A stretch of DNA of 40,603 nt. Source: Burkholderiaceae bacterium (GTDB taxonomy: Bacteria; Pseudomonadota; Gammaproteobacteria; Burkholderiales; Burkholderiaceae_C). The stretch is from contig JBEIEH010000001.1 in the NCBI GenBank assembly GCA_040383055.1, forward strand, positions 1 to 40,603. Direction: 5' to 3'. The translations under genes and the position numbers were made by a program. The notes under the pieces are model-generated. The model had not been told where the DNA came from. It saw only the letters and a list, made by a program, of their open reading frames with translations, and did no database searches. Shown in pieces: positions 37,611-40,603 of this stretch. The stretch's first letter is position 1. Each line of letters begins with the position of its first letter.

Positions 37611-39851
37611 ATGACACCGCCTGCGCCCACCGTCGACAACGCTTCTCCATCGCCCTCCTCTGCGGCGGCGGCCAGCTTCGCCGCTTTGCTGGGGAAGTTG
37701 GAGCATTTGGGGTCCAGCGATATCGACATGGTCCGGCAAGCCTACAAGCTTGCCGACGAGGCGCATCTGGGGCAGTTGCGTAAAAACGGTGACCCCTACA
37801 TCACCCACCCCATCGCTGTGGCGGCCCAATGCGCCGAATGGCGGCTGGACGCGCAAGCCATCATGGCCGCACTGATGCACGATGTGATGGAAGACTGCGG
37901 CGTCACCAAACACGAGCTGATCGAGCGGTTTGGAGCCCAAGTGGCCGATCTGGTGGACGGCTTGACCAAACTGGAAAAGCTCGAATTCGACAGCCGGGAG
38001 CAGAACCAAGCCGAGTCGTTTCGCAAAATGCTCTTGGCCATGGCCAAGGATGTCCGTGTCACCCTGATCAAATTGGCAGACCGCACCCACAACATGCGCA
38101 CCATGGGTGACATGCCACGCAGCAAGTGGGGGCGCATCAGCCGTGAAACGCTGGAGATTTACGCGCCCATTGCCTACCGTCTGGGCCTCAACCACACTTA
38201 CCGCGAACTGCAAGACCTCTGCTTTCGCTTCCTGCACCCTTGGCGCTACGGCGTGCTGAGCAAGGCATTGGCCAAGACCCGGTCTCGCCGACGCGATTTG
38301 ATCTCCAAGGTGCAGCACGAGGTGGAGGCGGCTTTCGACAAACACGGCATGCAGATTCGGGTGTTTGGGCGAGAAAAAACCCTGTTTTCGATCTACCAAA
38401 AGATGAGCAAGGACAAAAAGTCCTTCTCTGAAGTCACCGATATCTACGGCTTTCGGGTGGTGGTGCCACAGCTGACCGACTGCTACACCGGCATGGGTTT
38501 GCTGCACCAGCTCTACAAACCGGTGCCGGGCAAGTTCCGCGACTATGTGTCCATCCCCAAAATCAACGGCTACCAGTCGCTGCACACCACACTGATTGGC
38601 CCGGTGGGCACACACATCGAGTTTCAGCTGCGCACCGAAACCATGGACGTGGTGGCCGAGTCCGGTGTGGCAGCGCACTGGCTGTACAAAGCCACAGAAC
38701 CCGGCAGCGAGACCGCGCGCCGCCTGGACAACCAGTGGCTGCAATCCTTGCTTGATATCCAGCAAGAAACACGCGATGCTGGCGAGTTCTGGGACCACAT
38801 CAAAATTGAGCTCTTTCCCGACTCGGTCTACGTGTTCACCCCCAAGAGCAAGATCATTTCTCTGCCACGCGGTGCGACGGTGGTGGACTTTGCTTACACC
38901 ATCCACAGCGACGTGGGCAACCACACGGTGGGTGCCCACATCAACGGTACGCCGGCGGCCTTGCGCACGGAACTGCGCAATGGCGATCATGTCGAAATCG
39001 TCACCGACCCGCAGGCGGAACCCAACCCCGCGTGGTTGTCGTTTGTGAAAACCGGGCGTGCGCGATCCAAGATCCGCCACCAACTCAAAACCTCTGCGCA
39101 ACACCAATCCCACGAACTCGGGGCGCGCATGCTCACCCAGGCCTTGCGCAGCGAAGGCATTGCGCAATTGCCATCGGCTGAAGGCGAATGGCGCATCGCT
39201 TGGGACAAATTGTTGCAGTTCACTGGCAACCGGTCGCGTGATGACCTGCTGTCGGATATCGGCATGGGCAAACGCATCGCCAACATGGTGGGCAAAAAAC
39301 TCGCTGTGCTGCTGGCAGAACAGGGCATGAAGCCCGATCCCCTCCTCATCAGCCGCGAGCGCTTCGGAGGCGCGCAGGACGACGCCCTGGCTCAAGGCGT
39401 TGTGACGCTGGACGGCAGTGAAGGCCTGTCGGTGCAATACGCCCACTGCTGCCGCCCCATCCCGGGCGACCGGATCGTGGGCTATCTGGGACGCGGCGAG
39501 GGCCTGCAGGTGCACGCCGAAGACTGTGCGGTGAGCCAGCGCCTGATGGCGCGAGACGCTGAGCGCTTTTTGGCTGTGGAATGGGCCGAAGAACCGACAC
39601 GGGCGTTTGAAACCATCGTGGCGGTCACGGTGACCAATGGCAAAGGGGTGCTGGCGCGAGTGGCATCTGCCATCGCCCAAGCCGAGGCGGACATCACCCA
39701 TGTCGACATGGGCGACGAGCCCGCACAAAGCGCCACCGACATTCGTTTCACGGTGGCGGTGCGCGACAGGGTGCATCTGGCCGCGGTGCTGCGCAGCCTC
39801 AAGCGCACCCCCTCAGTGGCGCGGGCTCAACGCCACAAACCGCGCGGCTGA
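37611..39851 (+). CDS. spoT: Bifunctional (p)ppGpp synthetase/hydrolase
   Basis: Intact HD motif (MHDVMED), KLADRTHN, GYQSLHT, AAHWLYK, TGS domain (VYVFTP), CCRPIPGD, ACT domain; after rpoZ. Confidence 0.96.
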   Translation: MTPPAPTVDNASPSPSSAAAASFAALLGKLEHLGSSDIDMVRQAYKLADEAHLGQLRKNGDPYITHPIAVAAQCAEWRLDAQAIMAALMHDVMEDCGVTKHELIERFGAQVADLVDGLTKLEKLEFDSREQNQAESFRKMLLAMAKDVRVTLIKLADRTHNMRTMGDMPRSKWGRISRETLEIYAPIAYRLGLNHTYRELQDLCFRFLHPWRYGVLSKALAKTRSRRRDLISKVQHEVEAAFDKHGMQIRVFGREKTLFSIYQKMSKDKKSFSEVTDIYGFRVVVPQLTDCYTGMGLLHQLYKPVPGKFRDYVSIPKINGYQSLHTTLIGPVGTHIEFQLRTETMDVVAESGVAAHWLYKATEPGSETARRLDNQWLQSLLDIQQETRDAGEFWDHIKIELFPDSVYVFTPKSKIISLPRGATVVDFAYTIHSDVGNHTVGAHINGTPAALRTELRNGDHVEIVTDPQAEPNPAWLSFVKTGRARSKIRHQLKTSAQHQSHELGARMLTQALRSEGIAQLPSAEGEWRIAWDKLLQFTGNRSRDDLLSDIGMGKRIANMVGKKLAVLLAEQGMKPDPLLISRERFGGAQDDALAQGVVTLDGSEGLSVQYAHCCRPIPGDRIVGYLGRGEGLQVHAEDCAVSQRLMARDAERFLAVEWAEEPTRAFETIVAVTVTNGKGVLARVASAIAQAEADITHVDMGDEPAQSATDIRFTVAVRDRVHLAAVLRSLKRTPSVARAQRHKPRG

Positions 39852-40409
39852 TCAGGTCGGCGCTGGATAGCGCACGTCCAGCACTTCCAGTTCCTGCACG
39901 CCCGTGGGCAACGGCAGGCGGACCACATCACCCACCCGGGCTTTGAGCAGCACACGCGCCACGGGAGCCACCCAGCTGATTTGTTGGACGCTGGTGTCGG
40001 CCTCGTCCACCCCCAAAATGGTCACGGTGGTTTCGTCGCCAGCGGCGTTGGCGTAGGTGACGGTAGCGCCAAAAAAAACCTGATCACTGCCTTGGTGGGC
40101 AGAGGGATCCACGACCTCGGCGATCTCCAGCCGTTTGCCCAGAAAGCGGATGCGGCGGTCAATCTCGCGCAAGCGCTTCTTGCCGTACAGGTAATCACCG
40201 TTTTCCGAGCGATCGCCGTTGCTGGCTGCCCAATGGACGATCTCGACGATGCGCGGGCGCTCCTCGTCCATCAGGAACAACCATTCCGCGCGCAGCCGGT
40301 CGTAGCCCGCGCGGGTGATGTAGTTTTTGCCCCCCGGCACAGGCGGCAATGCCGCACCAACATCGTCTTCGTCGTCGCTGTCGTTTTCTCGGGTGAAGGC
40401 TTTGCTCAT
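39852..40409 (-). CDS. greB: Transcription elongation factor GreB
   Basis: MSKAFTRE, WAASNGDRSENGDYLYGKKRLREIDRRIRFL, VFFGATV, GVDE. Confidence 0.96.
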   Translation of the reverse strand: MSKAFTRENDSDDEDDVGAALPPVPGGKNYITRAGYDRLRAEWLFLMDEERPRIVEIVHWAASNGDRSENGDYLYGKKRLREIDRRIRFLGKRLEIAEVVDPSAHQGSDQVFFGATVTYANAAGDETTVTILGVDEADTSVQQISWVAPVARVLLKARVGDVVRLPLPTGVQELEVLDVRYPAPT

Positions 40410-40454
40410 CGCATCGACTCCTGCTCGGCGCCGCACGACTTGCGGCAACAAAAG

Positions 40455-40487
40455 AAAAAGCCTGCAGCTTGTGGCTGCAGGCTTTTT
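40455..40487 (-). terminator. Terminator hairpin between tRNA-Arg and greB
   Basis: AAAAAGCCTGCAGC-TTGTG-GCTGCAGGCTTTTT with A/T tracts on both sides. Confidence 0.85.
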
Positions 40488-40492
40488 TTGTG

Positions 40493-40569
40493 TGGCGCGG
40501 CTGGCAGGATTCGAACCCACGACCCCTTGGTTCGTAGCCAAGTACTCTATCCAACTGAGCTACGGTCGC
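40493..40569 (-). tRNA. tRNA-Arg(ACG), 77 nt, with two acceptor-stem mismatches
   Basis: GCGACCG-TAGCTCAGTTGGATAGAG-TA-CTTGG-CT ACG AA-CCAAG..GGTTCGAATCC..CAGCCGC-G-CCA. Confidence 0.92.
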
Positions 40570-40578
40570 ATTAAATTT

Positions 40579-40603
40579 TGGTACTCAGTACGGGAATCGA
40601 ACC
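40579..40603 (-). tRNA. 3' end of a second tRNA, cut by window edge (anticodon not visible; Glu-like T stem)
   Basis: Minus strand GGTTCGATTCCCGT-ACTGAGT-A-CCA: T loop, acceptor strand and CCA. Confidence 0.75.

Noticed and set aside
37515-39776. 753-aa minus-strand ORF and similar long antisense ORFs (5399-7162, 6967-8682, 26142-27281)
   Set aside because: Shadows of spoT, ugp and flhA coding regions with no independent motifs.
1-40603. CRISPR arrays, rRNA, toxin-antitoxin or anti-phage defence genes
   Set aside because: No spaced repeat arrays or recognisable motifs found by eye; the kinase/PP2C pair is in a housekeeping context and lacks a vWA partner.

Overview
A GC-rich Burkholderiales (Comamonadaceae-like) chromosomal segment in three blocks. 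(1) Left core block, 1-14.1 kb: a large FAD/Fe-S oxidoreductase cut by the window edge, a PHO-box-led ugpBAECQ operon with an added HAD-IIB phosphatase, hemA-prfA-prmC-grxD, and a stand-alone Lon-type AAA+ ATPase. (2) Accessory block, 14.2-31.1 kb: an AT-rich control region, two paralogous small exported Cys-rich proteins (one with an intact HExxH zinc motif, one without), and a partial flagellar cluster. The cluster is fliKLMNOPQR-flhB plus three unknown genes, divergent from flhA-flhF-flhG-fliA-fliS, with back-to-back sigma54 promoters and a sigma28 promoter. (3) Right core block: hemW-rdgB-rph-PP2C-Ser/Thr kinase, yicC-gmk-rpoZ-spoT, greB, tRNA-Arg(ACG) and the 3' end of a second tRNA. Best leads: the HExxH active/dead pair; the three uncharacterised genes in the sigma54 flagellar operon; a hemA UAG whose readthrough frame ends on the prfA start (possible RF1 autoregulation); an in-frame TAA in prfA; and a tRNA-Arg with a chimeric acceptor stem at the right edge. 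Caveat: the prfA stop, a flhB frameshift and scattered changes at normally conserved residues may be sequence errors. All family assignments come from motif recognition, not database searches.
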